Shown piece by piece: positions 46,901 to 60,116 of a stretch of 64,000 nucleotides of DNA (the stretch's first letter is position 1; each line of letters opens with the position of its first letter). This DNA comes from Felis catus (Eukaryota). A program made the position numbers and the translations under genes. Under the pieces are notes generated by a model. It was given only the letters and a program-made list of their open reading frames with translations. It ran no database searches and had not been told where the DNA came from. Location of the stretch: NCBI RefSeq assembly GCF_018350175.1, contig NC_058383.1:22074001-22138000 (forward strand), read 5' to 3'.

Positions 46901-47938
46901 CTATGATTTGATCCCAGATCTGGCAACAATCCAGACTCTTCCATCAGCCTTGTACATTTCTTGCCGAAACAAACAAGTCATTCAAAAGCACAAGAAAAAG
47001 AAACAACAAAACCCTTTGTTATTTCACCCTCTCCATACCTTCATGACCTTAACATTTTAGTCTGCTGTCCTGGCCGGACAAACAGATGGATGGAGACTTT
47101 GTATAAAGATACAAAATATAGAATCAGTCCTTTATTATTTACCCTGCTTTTAAGAAACGAGATGAAACACTCTAAACATTTTCCCGTGTGAACAGAGTGC
47201 CATATTTTTCTTATCTATTCTTCACCCATGTCGCTGGCTTCAAATAAAGCTACCCCATTTATTTGCCTATGTTTTTATAACTTCGATTCTCACGGGTCTG
47301 TGAGACAGGCAGGAAAAGGGTTATCTCCACCGAACAGATAATTTGGAAAGTTAACGACTTGGTCAGGGCCATACAGCGTCAAGGAGGGGAACCAAGATCC
47401 AGGGTCGGGTCTGTTCGGTTCCAAAGACCACGGGCTTCCTACTACATTTTACTGTCTTACGAATGGGGAACTTAAATGCCGACTCGGGTACCGATTCCTT
47501 AAGCAGGTGAGCTGACTTCCCTAAGCCAACTTTTTGTTAGGTCGAATTAACCTACCTTATCGTGTGGGGTCAGGAGGACTTGATAAAATGCACAGAAGAC
47601 ATGTGACATGGTAGCTGGTAGCTTCCATGGAGTGCAGTGAGCTAGTCTACTGGCAGTGGCCGTGCTCTGGCTACAGAGGGGTCCTGCAGGCCCTGCCATG
47701 ACTCAGCCTCTCCTGGGATATTGCTGTTGCAAGTACAGACGTTTAAGACACAAACGGGTATCTTTTCCACCCGAGGCTAGTGGGATATGGGAGGGTGCAA
47801 GGTGACGTCAGGCCCTAAATGGGGCTCCCAGTTAGAAGTGAGGGGCAGATGTGGGCCCGGGGGGCAAAAGGGACACATTTCCACTCCCTCCCCCCCCCCC
47901 CACCAACACAAGCCTTGCTGCCTCGAAAAGACATTTTT

Positions 47939-48082
47939 TAAATTTTTTAATGTTTATTTATTTTTGAGAGAGACAGAGAAAGAGTGAGAGTGGGGGAGGG
48001 GCAAAGAGAGGGAGACACAGAATCGGAAGCATGACCTGAACCAAGATGGACGCTCAACTGAACGAGCCACCCAGGCGCCTGG
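47939..48082 (-). mobile_element. CAN-SINE with internal deletion
   Basis: gaatcggaagca joined directly to tgacctgaacc. TSD gaaa(a)gacatttt. Confidence 0.9.
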
Positions 48083-48982
48083 GCTTGGAAAGACATTTTA
48101 ATGCAGATTTACATACCAAGAAGTTGTTGTTCTTCAGTGGTGAAGAGTGGTTGTTTTTAAGAAACTACACGTGTAAATAAACAAGAAATGAAAGTTTTTG
48201 TTTCCCTTTCTGGGTCATGCATGTCTTGACATCATGGCCTCAGAGCCTTCATGGAGTCAGTATTTCTGGACAATCAGTGAGCTCAGGGCCATATAAATGA
48301 GAAGGAAGAGGGGCTTAAAAAGAGTGGAGGAGGCGACTCTGAATTTACCCTACAGAGGCACTCATGCGTATGCGAAACTAGGAAGCTATTGAAAATGAAG
48401 TAGATCTCGAGATGCTGACAAAACACAGTCTGCGAGACAGAAGGTAACAAAGTGAGGCACGGGAATCGAAGATGCGTGCTGGCATCCTCCTGTGTGATGT
48501 GGGGTAGTCCTGCGCTTGTACTCAGCCTCTCTAGAAGGCTGGCCCAGAACTGGGCCACTGTGAGTGGCTCCGGGAAGGAGAACCAAGGCACCTAGCTGAG
48601 GGTCAAGGGCGGGCGGAGGAGACAGTCTCACTGTATAGTTTTGATGCTGCTTTGCATATTTCACATATTTTAGGATTTTTTTTTTAAAGGAGAGAAGATC
48701 AGAATATCGAATAATATAATGACGTCAAGAATGAGAAGACGAGTCTCTGAGAGAAGATTGTTCTGAGGTCACTGACAACTCCCCGGGAGAAATGTCAAAA
48801 CAGAGAGGTGGAGGCAGAAGCCAGATGCACCAAACTAGAAAAAGAATGGATTGTAATGAAATACGATCTTAGAGGTAACAAGAATTAGCAGTTCTTTCAA
48901 AGGTTTGTGTGTATGAGCAGACAGGGGCAGCGGTCCTACTAGTGGGAAGGAGCGATCCCAGGTTTGAGGGAAGGGGTTTTTC

Positions 48983-49115
48983 TTTAATGTTTATTTATTT
49001 ATTTTGAGAGGGTGGGGGAGGGGCAGAGAGAGAGAAAAAGAGAGACAGAGAGAGGGTCCCAGGCAGACTCCGTATTTTCAGCACAGAGCTTGACATGGGC
49101 TCGAACTCACGAAAC
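48983..49115 (-). mobile_element. 5'-truncated CAN-SINE
   Basis: Tail and body are present. The element ends at ctcgaactcacgaa with no A-box head. Confidence 0.85.
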
Positions 49116-52100
49116 AGGCCTTTAAATTAAACTGGCACTCATTTGGACCTACTAGCTGTGTGGCCATGGGCAAGTTACTTAACCTCTCTGAGCCTACCTC
49201 CTTACCTACACACGGAAGGTAATAACAGTAGTATTTCACAGGGCGGTTGTGAGTAGACCGAAGGCTCTGCTTTCTAGTAAAACTGAGTAATTTCACAGAA
49301 CATGCCTGGCCCATTTTATCGTTACGGTTGTAAACAGTATTAATAAAGTCCTGCATCCATTAACTGGAGGGCCCATCTTCTTGTCCTGGTTCTGTTCTAT
49401 TTCCTGTGTAAGTCACTGAAGCAAATCTTCTGGCCTCTGCTTGTTCCTCTCTAGAATGATGGTATCTATACCCACGTCGAAGGGCTCCTCCAGTTCTGGA
49501 CTTCTGTTACTTTCAGTGGTTATTGCCAGACATATCCTAAGAGTTTTGTGCTCTCCCCCAGCATGTGACCTTCCCATCTACCAGTTCAGTTCACACGGCT
49601 GGCATCTCCACCGGGGGACAGCTCAGAGTCATGCACTTGGCAAGTGATTTAGGAACTTCAGTTGGCCCAGGAGTCTGCCAACTCCAACTGCCCAAAGGGA
49701 GCCTGGTTTGATCCACAGCTCTCCACGGGTGGGTGGAGGGAGGGAGAGAAAGATAAACAGACAGACTCCGGGCCTCTGTGTCCTAAACAACTCTTGGCTA
49801 TTTGTGCGTCAGTGTCTGAATGTAGCCTAATATCCTGACGAGGATCTGTGTAAACTTCACACTCTGGATAACCGAAAGAACAAACAGAGCCGAGTGGGGA
49901 GATGTCTACTCCTTAATGAGCCCGTCTTGAGTGCCTCAGCTCGGATGCTGCCATGCCCTGCCCTCGGAGGTCACTCAACGTCTGCGGTCTTTGTCAGCCT
50001 CGAAATCAAAGCCTGAAGGAGCCGGTGAAATTTGCATCTTTGAAAACCCTGCCAGTGAAGTGTAAAAGGTGTGAATATGTTACTTGTTTGTTGCGACATT
50101 TTAAAATAAATTTTAAATCATTTGAATTGTGAAGAATATCTAGTCTCCGTCTATTATGTAACAGACACTGTTGGATGGTGGTATTGGCTCCTTCCCACCG
50201 GTGCAATTTCAAACCTTAAAAGGGGCTCCAAGTGCTCCTGATAATCTTTCCAAGGATACTGGCAGTGTGGAGTCTGTGGTTCAAGGCCTCGCTCTGCCAC
50301 CTGCTAGCTGCGGGACCTTGAGCAAACATCCTAACCTCTCCAGGCTGCGTGCCCTCATCTGTCATATGGTGACAATGACACCCATAGAGACCCCCATAAT
50401 GACACCCATAATTCTCTCTCATAGAGAATTAACTGAGGTAGTGCCTGGAAGGCACTTAGAACGCTGCTTGGCACAGACAATAACTCAATATTTTGTCCGG
50501 TATATTTGAATAGTACGGGTTTCAGAAGAATGACTTTAAATCCCAGCTTTCTGAAAGGTATTGTTCTCCTGAGCATTTGGTGCTGCCTCGGGGAGGGAGG
50601 TTCTATTCTTAAATAAATCGTATTAAGTAGAAAGTTCGCCCCCTTTCTTAAGCCTTGCTTTTAGAGTTGTAATAGCAAACATACAAAGGTTACACTTTGT
50701 GGTTTCAATTCAGAAATGTCAGCACATCAAACACACATTCAGACATGCACTCAGAGACACTTACTCATACGCTGTAAAGGGCAATTAGGTTCGGAGGAGA
50801 ATGTCACATGAACAGAACTGCAGCTCATTAAAGCAGTACTTGAAGCTTTTGACCTCGGCTACACAAACAATGTTTTCAGATGACAGGATTGCCGAGAAAC
50901 CAAGTCCTGGGAGCATGATTTACTTTCCGAAGCAGTTTGGCATCTAGACTCCTGGAGGATGCAGGCCATGATATGTGATCAGATAACGATGCAGTGTTTG
51001 GGAAACGCTATCACATGAAAGGCTGTCGTGATGTAGAAAGGGGACCAGGGGCTCTGCGTTTTCAGCCTCCAAGATCCCAAAGCTTTGCTGATGTGCAGAT
51101 GCCTGAAAACCGTACGGGGCTTTATGTCAAGTGACGAGGAGGACAGGTAACAAAAGCGGAAATGATTGGAATCAGACTATCACACGAGGAGGGGTTGGAG
51201 TCGGTGAGGCCTGACACTCGGGCTGGAATGAATGGAAGGAGTGAGCAATGCCGATCACGTCTGGGTGGTCCCGGACGGTTGCCCAGGATGAATGGCTCTT
51301 ACTGTCCGCTTCTCAGAGAGCTGTACTCCTCAAGCCGCGCTCAGAATGAATGGGCCATCAGATGGAGCACACTTTAGAACGAAAGAGAGCCACGTTCACT
51401 AGCGGGCAAGTCACTGTACAAACACCCTAGTAGTTAGGCCTCCGTGGGCCGTAACGAAGCAGGGTGTTCTTGTGACCTGGTTACTCTTCTCCCACCTCCT
51501 CAATTTGCTGCATCTCTGCTGACAGCTGGGGAAGGGAGCCCAAGGCGTGTGCCTCTACCCAGTTTTCACAGCAAGCTTTGCACTGGGCATTAGGGACACC
51601 GCCAGACTTCACTAAGGCAATTCCTACTAGCGTATGAATGCCACCAAAATCTCGATCGGGCATGTTGATTTAAACACACTACATCAGCATATCTTCTACT
51701 GTGACTCGAAGCACCACATACGACAAATTCAGCCAGCAGACATGCTCACCCATGGCCTCAATGCACCCTTTTAGTGCAGCACAGCCAAATTCTGAGCTGC
51801 TCACCCAGACCAAGGGGACTGCCTGGCTACCACCCCGAGCACGTGGGACCTCCCACAGAATTTACACTGACAAGAGGAGGAACAGCCATGCCCTACTCCG
51901 TGCCCCGCATGCCAGCACTCTGAACTCCAGATGCTTTCACGACAACCTATTTTATCCCTTCATCCTGCTTTTCGCCAGGACCAACAACTGGCTACCACGT
52001 TACACTCGAGGAGCGATTATGCAGGCAGTCTGAAGGGATTCTCCTTCATCCATTCCTTCTTGGCCCCTGGGGCAATCACTGGGCATCCACAAGGTGCCAG

Positions 52101-52149
52101 GAACCAGGGAGGGCTAGGTGTGCCGATATGAACACATCCTGGAGGCCCT

Positions 52150-52709
52150 CAGGCAGCTCCGTCCCGTCCAAATGCCCACTGGCTCCCACCTAGACGACCG
52201 CAAGAGCCTCGAACCAGTCTCCTGATTTCACCCCTGCACCTACAACAGTCAGAGTGATCCTCTGAAAACCCAAAGTCGGATCATGCCATTTCTCTGCCCA
52301 GGGCCCTCCAAGCGCTGCCCATCTCAGCCGGAGTAGAAGCCACAGATCCTACAGTGGCCTGCACCATCTTCCCCTCCCGTGGCCTCACCAGTATCATCTT
52401 CTTTTCCCCCTTCCTTCGCCCACTCAGCTCAGCACTTGGATTCTGTGCTCTTCCTTGAACATGCCAGGCAAGCTCTTGCCTCAGGGCCTTTGCACCTGTT
52501 ACCACCGCCCGAACCACTATCCCCCCAAGATACACACATGGCTCACACAGTCCCTCACCTTCCTCCCATCTTTGCTGAAATGCCAGCAAGGCTTTCCAGC
52601 CACCTCTCTCTGATCCACCTCTCACCATCCTCACCCCTGCTCTGATTTCCTCCACAATGCTTATCTCCTTCTAACATATTTGCTGATGTTTTTTAGTTTA
52701 TTTATTTAT

Positions 52710-52743
<34 letters not shown>

Positions 52744-53045
52744 AGAGAGTGAGCAGGGGAGGGGCACAGAAAGAGGGAGACAGAGAATCCCAAGTGGGCT
52801 CTATGCTGTCAGCGTGGAGCTTGACACAGGGCTTGAACCCGCAAACCGTGAGATCATGACCTGGGCCAAAACCAAGAATCGGGCGCTTAACCGAGTGAAC
52901 TACCCAGACGCCCCTATTTGCCGATTTCTATGTCTATTGTTTGCCCACTCCTTCTAAAATAGAAGTTCCACGAGAGCCGGAGATTGTGTTATTTTCACTT
53001 CCCTGTCTCCAGCACCTAGAATGGTACCTAATGTCAATAAACACC
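52150..53045 (+). mobile_element. L2 remnant
   Basis: cagtcagagtgatcctctgaaa, gcctcagggcctttgcac and ccagcacctagaatggtacct motifs. Confidence 0.7.
52689..52914 (-). mobile_element. CAN-SINE nested in L2
   Basis: TSD tatttgc(t/c)gat. Confidence 0.93.
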
Positions 53046-55737
53046 TGCGGAGAGGATGACCCAGGGCGCTGGGCGACATCCCAGGAGGACAGAACCAGAA
53101 CACCCTGCTTCTCAACCCACCGCTCCACCACACGCTCAGCCACACACACCGCCTTCTAGCACACAAACTAGCACCACCCACCAACACACACTGACCCACC
53201 ACAGCCTGCCGTGTGGCCCGAACCACATTCACCAGCACGCTCTGTACTAGAGCTTACACACCCCTGCAGCACAGCCTTCACCATCCTACACGGCATACTA
53301 ACTACAACAGGATCTGCCTTTCAGCAGATGAAAGGTCCGGCAGCAGCCCAGCACATGTGAAAACACGCAGCATCTCGGGCCCTACCCCGGACCCGCTGAA
53401 TCAGAATCCATATTGTAACCAGGTACCCAGGTGACTCGTGTGTGCACAGCAGCATTTAAGAAGATCTGCTAGGTGACCCCAGGGCACCCATAACACTGAG
53501 CTGGGCGACAACAGAGTGCAGGAGCCACGGCCCTCGATCCAAAGCGCAAGGATTCACGCGCTGCATCACCGACCCTTCCCCATGCTCTCCCTGCGCACAC
53601 AACCACACGATGCCATGACCGAAACAACTCAGCACCCAAATCGAGCTCTTTAGGAACTTACACAACGACCTATTCATTCGAGATGCCCTTCTGCATATGA
53701 GAAAAGCACCCTAGGCTCTAGTATATATCCCTAGAGAACCCCTTATGTTCCTCTGCTCAGAGCATTGCAGCCTCTTACCTTACAGCCATTCGTGGATTCC
53801 TTCATTTATTCAGTAAAAATTATGAAGTGCCGGCTAGGTGCTAAACCTTAGGCTAAGCACCGGGAATCAACACTGACAAAGACAGTCAGAACCCTTCAGT
53901 CCTAGTCAAGAAGACTGACGTCGCGTGGAACAAGCAATTACAATAAAGTGTGATGAGTTTGTTGATAGGACACTAGCAGAGAATCAATACGAGCCTCCCT
54001 GAGGGGATGATGTTCTCCTGATCTGATGAGGGGGAAGGAGCAAGACACCGACAAGGGACAGAGGACGGAGGTGGGCGAGGCGTGGGGAAGGGTGCGGGCA
54101 TCCCAGGTGGATGGCTACGCACGGACAGAGCCGGGAAGGGAAGAGAACGCAGTCGCATGTTTGAGGAACCAAAAGAAGCTCAGAAACACTTGTTTTTGGA
54201 GGCAGGAGCTGAAGCTGTGGAGGGGGCAGATGCTGGACCATGGAAGATCCCCAGATGTCACATATGCTAAGGAACAGCAGGCACGATTCTGGGGGCAGCA
54301 GAGAGCCATCAGGGAAGCTTTAAGCAAGAGCGACACAATCAGATGCACATTTGAAAAAACCACTCAGGTACGTGAAAGAATGTGCCAAAGCTAGTGTATC
54401 TCAGTAGTTATGAACAATGCTCCGCATACGGCTCCCTGCCATAACAAAAGATGGCAAAACCCACGTTAATGAACCTCCAGTAATAGCACCCTTCACTGAT
54501 GTTTGAATATGATCCTCTGTTATTACCCCATGGTTTTTTTTTTTTCTCCTGTTGCTCTCTGCTTAATAGTATGCATGAATCTGGAACACTGACAGATACA
54601 CGCATGCCTTTTAATAACCCGCAAGGCACATGGCACTCTGCACACACTTACCACGGGCCTCGGGGAGGGTGTGCGGAAGGGAAATGTGAAATCCTTGAGT
54701 GGGATGAGGACTCTGAGGCCAGCAGCCACAGGCCAAAGGCACAGGTGCAGGTTGAATCGGAAGACGGGGTGATGCATGTGTTATTATTATTTCTAATTCA
54801 GTCTCAGGCAGCAAGGGCAGTTCCTGCTTCCCCTGAGAGCTGGTGGCTGAACATCTTGAAATATCCAGTCCAGGGCAATCACTGCATTTTGAAAGCCACT
54901 GTTCAACCCACCAGAGGGAATTCAAGACATTGGCTGGTTGGAAACCATTATCGAACGCAGAACAGTCTGAGGATCCTATTGATCTGTTATTAATTATTGT
55001 AATCTTTTTATATTATCAGTGGTTAGAACAGCTCCTTTTTCCTAAGTATCTTCTATGAGCCAGGCGCTGGCTAGATATTTTTATATTCATTATTGCTCAG
55101 CAGGAAGTTTCAAAATATTTACCCAGTCAGCATGGACTCAGTTGTAAAGAACCAGTACTAACAGGAACCGGTTACATGCCAACCTGACTTTGAGTAATCA
55201 CTACCCCCCAAAATTTTAAACTGAGTCCTTGGGCCTCGTATGACTTGTGGATGTGTTTACTTCGGCCTGAACTGGGTTTAATTTTTAACAATGTGTGGCT
55301 GATATATCAAAAACTAGTGAGCTCTCACCTAAAAATCTTGGTGAGGACAGAGCAAGGCAGAGCCTGTATCCCTGCAGGGCAAACCTGGCTCGTAGAAGAT
55401 GCTCAGAAAAAGGTAGCTGTTATTATGGATAATTAAAAAAGAAGACCACAGTCATTAGTAACGGTCACCAGAACCCTGCAACTGGGCAGCTGGAGGTGAG
55501 CGCCTGTGGGGCCTTGTAGATAGCTTGCCCGCCCTGCGGTCTGCCTCTGTCCCCAACCACTCCCTCTCTCATATTTACATTACCTGCCTGGCCTTGTAGG
55601 CACCTGAGCCTGCGACCTGTTCCCAGAAGGCACCACCCCTCACCCAGACTAGGCGAGAACCAATGTCTTCCCCTTAAAGAAATTTTCCTCCTTGCCATGT
55701 CCCCCCCTCCCCATGAGCTCTTAACACTAAATTCCAC

Positions 55738-55895
55738 AGCACAGAATCTCAGCCTGGGGCACATCAGATTCACCTGGAGGCCCCACCCCCAGGGTTTCTG
55801 AGTCACGGTTTCTGGGGAGGGGCCCGAGCATTTCATTCCTCAAATTCCCAGATGATTCTGCTGGTCTGGGGACCACCCTTTGAAAACCACTGCTC
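55738..55895. mobile_element. MER5A-like DNA transposon
   Basis: cccagatgattctgctggtctggggaccaccctttgaaaaccactg terminus. Similar remnants lie at about 53300-53470 and 62657-62800. Confidence 0.7.
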
Positions 55896-56991
55896 TACAA
55901 CTAAAGAATGAACCCTACCCAGAATGTCACCGGGTTCAACGCTGGGAGAGATGCAGACATTTGCATCTTTCTGCCGGCCAAGTGGAGGGGAGGGTCCACA
56001 TTTTGAGACGTCATGAATAGCCCATGAAACCCCCGTAAGTTTTGTGTCCCATCTCTGAGTTCCCAGTTCCCTGAATGGAGAACCTGTTCTTCTCTCCCAG
56101 GCTGCCATTTTGATCTTTTTCCAAATGGTTCATTAGAAGTGAAAGTGCTGCCTAGGACATGCAGTGCCCCTCTGTCACGCCCAGTGCACACACGGACGTC
56201 ATCTTTGGGAAACAGCATCAGTTGGGCTCAACACTGTTCTATCCCTCAAAGACCCTGCACCCAAGACATCAATCAATGTGTGACGCCGCTAACAAAAATC
56301 ATTATCCACTCTCCAAGAGGGCCGACTGCATGCCCGGCATGCACTGAGCACTTTACGCGTCATAACGATCCTCTGATGCAGACTATTAACATCGTCGAAT
56401 CACAGGTGATGAAACAGGGGAGTAGACAGGGGAACAGAGTTCACCAGCTCTAGAATAATCAACAGATTTTTGTCAGACCCCACTGTATTCACTTGAGGGT
56501 CAGACACGATTAGAAACGTGCTCAATCCTGTGCCTGTATTTGAAGACGGATGCTGATGACCTGGCAGACAATCAGCACCTGCAGGTGATGTCATTTGGGA
56601 CATGCTTGCAGGTGGAAGGTGTGCATGTGTGTGTGTGTGTGTGGGGGGGGGTGGGTATCTGGCCTGAAATCACGGGCTCGGGAATTTAAGACCAGCATCT
56701 GCAAATGTCTGAAGGGTGCTCTGCAGAGAAAGAGGCTCTTGATGACAGAACAAGCCAGAGGGATGGCAGTCCGGGGAAGCTGATTAGACACCAACATGTA
56801 GGTTTGCCACAATTAGAAGGGCCGGAAGGTGGAACTGGCTGTCTCTAAATAATCTAGCTTCCTAACCTCAGGGAGTGTCCAGAGAGACACAGGATGCATC
56901 AAGGATGCTGTAAAGCAGGGATGCTAATGGTGTGGGATGGTCGGGAAGGTGCAGCACCAGGGAGATGGGGAGAGTCACCTGGGAGGCTTTC

Positions 56992-57219
56992 TTTTTTTGT
57001 TTCTTTAATTTTTTTTAGTATGTTTTTACATATTTTTGAGAGAAAGAGAGAGTGCAAGTGGGGGAGGGGCAGAGAGAGAGGGAGACACAGAATCCGAAGC
57101 AGGCTCCAGGCTCCGAGCTGTCGGCACAGAGCCCGACGCAGGGCTCGAACTCACAAACCGCGAGATCATGACCTGAGCCCAAGTTAGACGCTTAACCAAC
57201 TGAGCCACCCAGGTGCCCC
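56992..57219 (-). mobile_element. CAN-SINE (SINEC_Fc-like)
   Basis: TSD acctg(g/c)gaggctttc at 56977-56991 and 57220-57234. Confidence 0.95.
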
Positions 57220-58368
57220 ACCTGCGAGGCTTTCCTAAACCTACACGCCCTTTGCCCCTGGGCATTCTGCTATGCCTCGATGGAGTCAGGCTGTCTGAGA
57301 TTTGAATCCCTACGTCCTTGCACGCTGGCCGAGTGACCCTGGACAGAGCACTTAAGCTCTCCATTTTCTCTTCCAGGACACAGAGTAACAGCACCTCCGT
57401 AACAGGCTGTGGTGAGGATTTCATCAGATGCCACACGTGAAGCGCTTACTAGGGTGCCTGGCGCGTAATAAGTGGCCACGAAATGAATAATAATGCTATC
57501 AACATAACTACCGTTATCGTCATGGATCTTACAATTTCCGGTTACAACGACAGTGTTTTTGTGCATGTTTCAGCCTCGGTAGGCAGTTTCAGAGCTCATA
57601 ATAAAGTCATCGGGTCTCCACTCATCTTAGTCTAACAAAGAAATATCCCGTCTGGGGAGCTGTAGTTTGGATTCATTCAGGGCGAACTCCTCCTCCCTGG
57701 GTGTGACAGTGTGCCCAGCCGAGTCTCTGGGGATGGAAAATCCTCCCGTGTGTGCACAACTGTGGAAATGGGAAGCTTGTCTTTTTATACTATAGACATT
57801 GCCTCCCAGCTGGACCCACACTCAGAGCCCCCAAGAGGTCTACGAGCGGGCCAGCTTTGGCTTCTATTCTGTTTCACTCGGGTGGGAGCTGGCTGCTGGA
57901 GCTGTCTTTATTTACTGCCTCAGACGCACTGTATGTTTCAGAATTAAATTTAAATACTGTAACGTGGCCTTTTCAATGTCAATTTGAAGAGAAAAGAACA
58001 CAGTCGAGCCAAGGAAAGAACGAGGGCAAAATGAGACTCTTTGTCACGGTCCAAAACCGGACCTGAACTCCCGCTCACTGACGAGACATCTCCAAAAAGT
58101 TGCCAGCGAAGACAGTCATAATAACTGAACCAATAAAGCAAAAGTTCGTATCTAGCATCTCTCCCGCATTTGTAGAGGCCGGGCTGTGTGAACAGAGATC
58201 TCCGTTTTTGTACCCAGTGACTGTGCGCATCAACGGGAGCACTTACAGACACATTTGAGGGAGCCATCGATGTCTGGCCCTCGGAACACCGAGGGCGCAC
58301 ACACTCGGGAGAGGAGAGGGTTATGTTACGCGTGTGAAGCCAAGAGTCAGAGAGACCAGTTTACTTAC

Positions 58369-58509
58369 GGCTTTTGGCTTATACGGGGGCTGGATCTCTT
58401 TGCGTTCAAGTTTCTCCCAATCAATATACCGGAAAAATGCATGCTCTTTGATGTCACGTTCACCTTCAGGTCCACAACCCAGACGTTTGCCCGGGTGTTT
58501 GGTCATCAG
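58369..58509 (-). CDS. PRKCB: PKC-beta last common exon (141 bp; equivalent to human exon 16), [47 protein letters not shown]
   Basis: Peptide is in ORF 58321..58515. Polypyrimidine tract plus gaag acceptor, GCC|gtaagt donor, phase 0. Confidence 0.98.
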
Positions 58510-59303
58510 CTTCAAGAGAAGAGAAAGGTTGAGTTTAATGAACTTCGGAGGACACGTGAGCCACTCAGAAATGAGGACTCCAATGAATTAGGGAAGAAAC
58601 GACAATAAGAGACTCAATTTTTATCTTCTGCTTTTCATTCCAGCAATACCTTCCCAGAGAGGTCTTTATAATCGGAAGACCCGACAACAGTGCCTGCCGC
58701 TGCTTGTCCCAAAGCAAGACTGCTTATGGTTAATCAGACCTAAGCCTCAATGTGGCCCTGAACTTCAAGTTAGAAATGTCACACGATGCATTCTGATTTA
58801 AGAATGAGTTTTACGCAATTACTGGTGCATTTAATGAGGACAGTTTCAATATCTTCAAATGCCCCGCCTCCCACCTCGAGAAAGCTGGAGTGTGACCAAG
58901 GCAAAGGCCACGTTCATTCTGATAATATTTGCATTTCTCAGTAAAGCGCTTGTGAAAATGACAAAACAGAAGAAAAAATATTAGTCAAATGGACCCAAGT
59001 TTCAAGTAATTACTTTCCAAAAGCTCATTAAATAGTCAAAAGCTCACCCAGCTCATTTTGCTTGGATCGCACATTACACTAAACTCCGCTGAGGTTTCTT
59101 TGGTGTTCCATTTAAATTACTTAATTATCAAAACCCTCCATCTTTGGGTCTCTGAGCCAGTGCTAAATAACAAGATGAATAGATGCTCCAAGATGAAACC
59201 AGACAGGCTTCCTCTTGTAAATGAATCCAAAGCAGAATGAAAATATGTCTGATCTCAAGATTTGAGCAAATGCACAGAGAGCAAAGACAGAGCTGGTGAT
59301 TTC

Positions 59304-59350
59304 AAAACAAAACAAAACAAAACAAAACAAAACAAAACAAAACAAAACAA
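59304..59350. repeat. (AAAAC)n microsatellite
   Basis: Direct inspection. Confidence 0.95.
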
Positions 59351-59577
59351 CCAACAAGAAGACCCTCAAAGAGGAAAAACAAGCAATGGAACATATAAGA
59401 CCAAAAAGCTTCCCAGAGTTGACCTGACACCATGATGTCAGAGTCCTTGGGTTGTGCCCAGGATTTATGGATTATGGCAAAGAGATGAACCCAGCAATGT
59501 ATACCTACCCTGATGGACACTCAGCTTAGCCTGCTTCCTGCTTCCAAATAACTTGTCATCAGAAACTATCCCCCTAT

Positions 59578-59600
59578 ACACACACATACTCACACACACA

Positions 59601-59650
<50 letters not shown>
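59578..59650. repeat. Interrupted (CA)n microsatellite
   Basis: Direct inspection. Confidence 0.95.
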
Positions 59651-59906
59651 TGAGCACATATACTCCATATGTGCTATTCTCATATTCTCAGGGGGGAAAT
59701 AAGTGGGCATTTCTATTCTAAGCTTCTACCTGATTTGCATGCACCTGATTCCCACAATAACCCAGTGAGGTGGTTTTAGTATTTTTCCCATTTCAATGGG
59801 AATAGACACTCAAAGAGGTTAAACAACTAGCAAGGACTTGGAGCAGTGAGAAGTGACAGAGCTGAGCTTGGATCTCACCTCTGCCTTCTCCAGAACTTGG
59901 GCTTTT

Positions 59907-60116
59907 ATGTTATTTTTAAAAGTTTATTTATTTATTTTGAGGTGGAGGGGGTAGAGAAAGAGCAGAGACAGGGAGGGAGGGAGAGAGAGAATCGAAGCAG
60001 GCTCCGTGCTGTCAGTGCGCAGCCCGACCCAGGGCTCGATCCCACAAACTGTGAGATCATGCCCTGAGCTGAAATCAAGAGTCAGATGCTCAACCGACTG
60101 AGCCACCAGGTGCCTC
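59907..60116 (-). mobile_element. CAN-SINE nested in MIR
   Basis: TSD cagaacttgggctttt on both sides. Confidence 0.94.
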
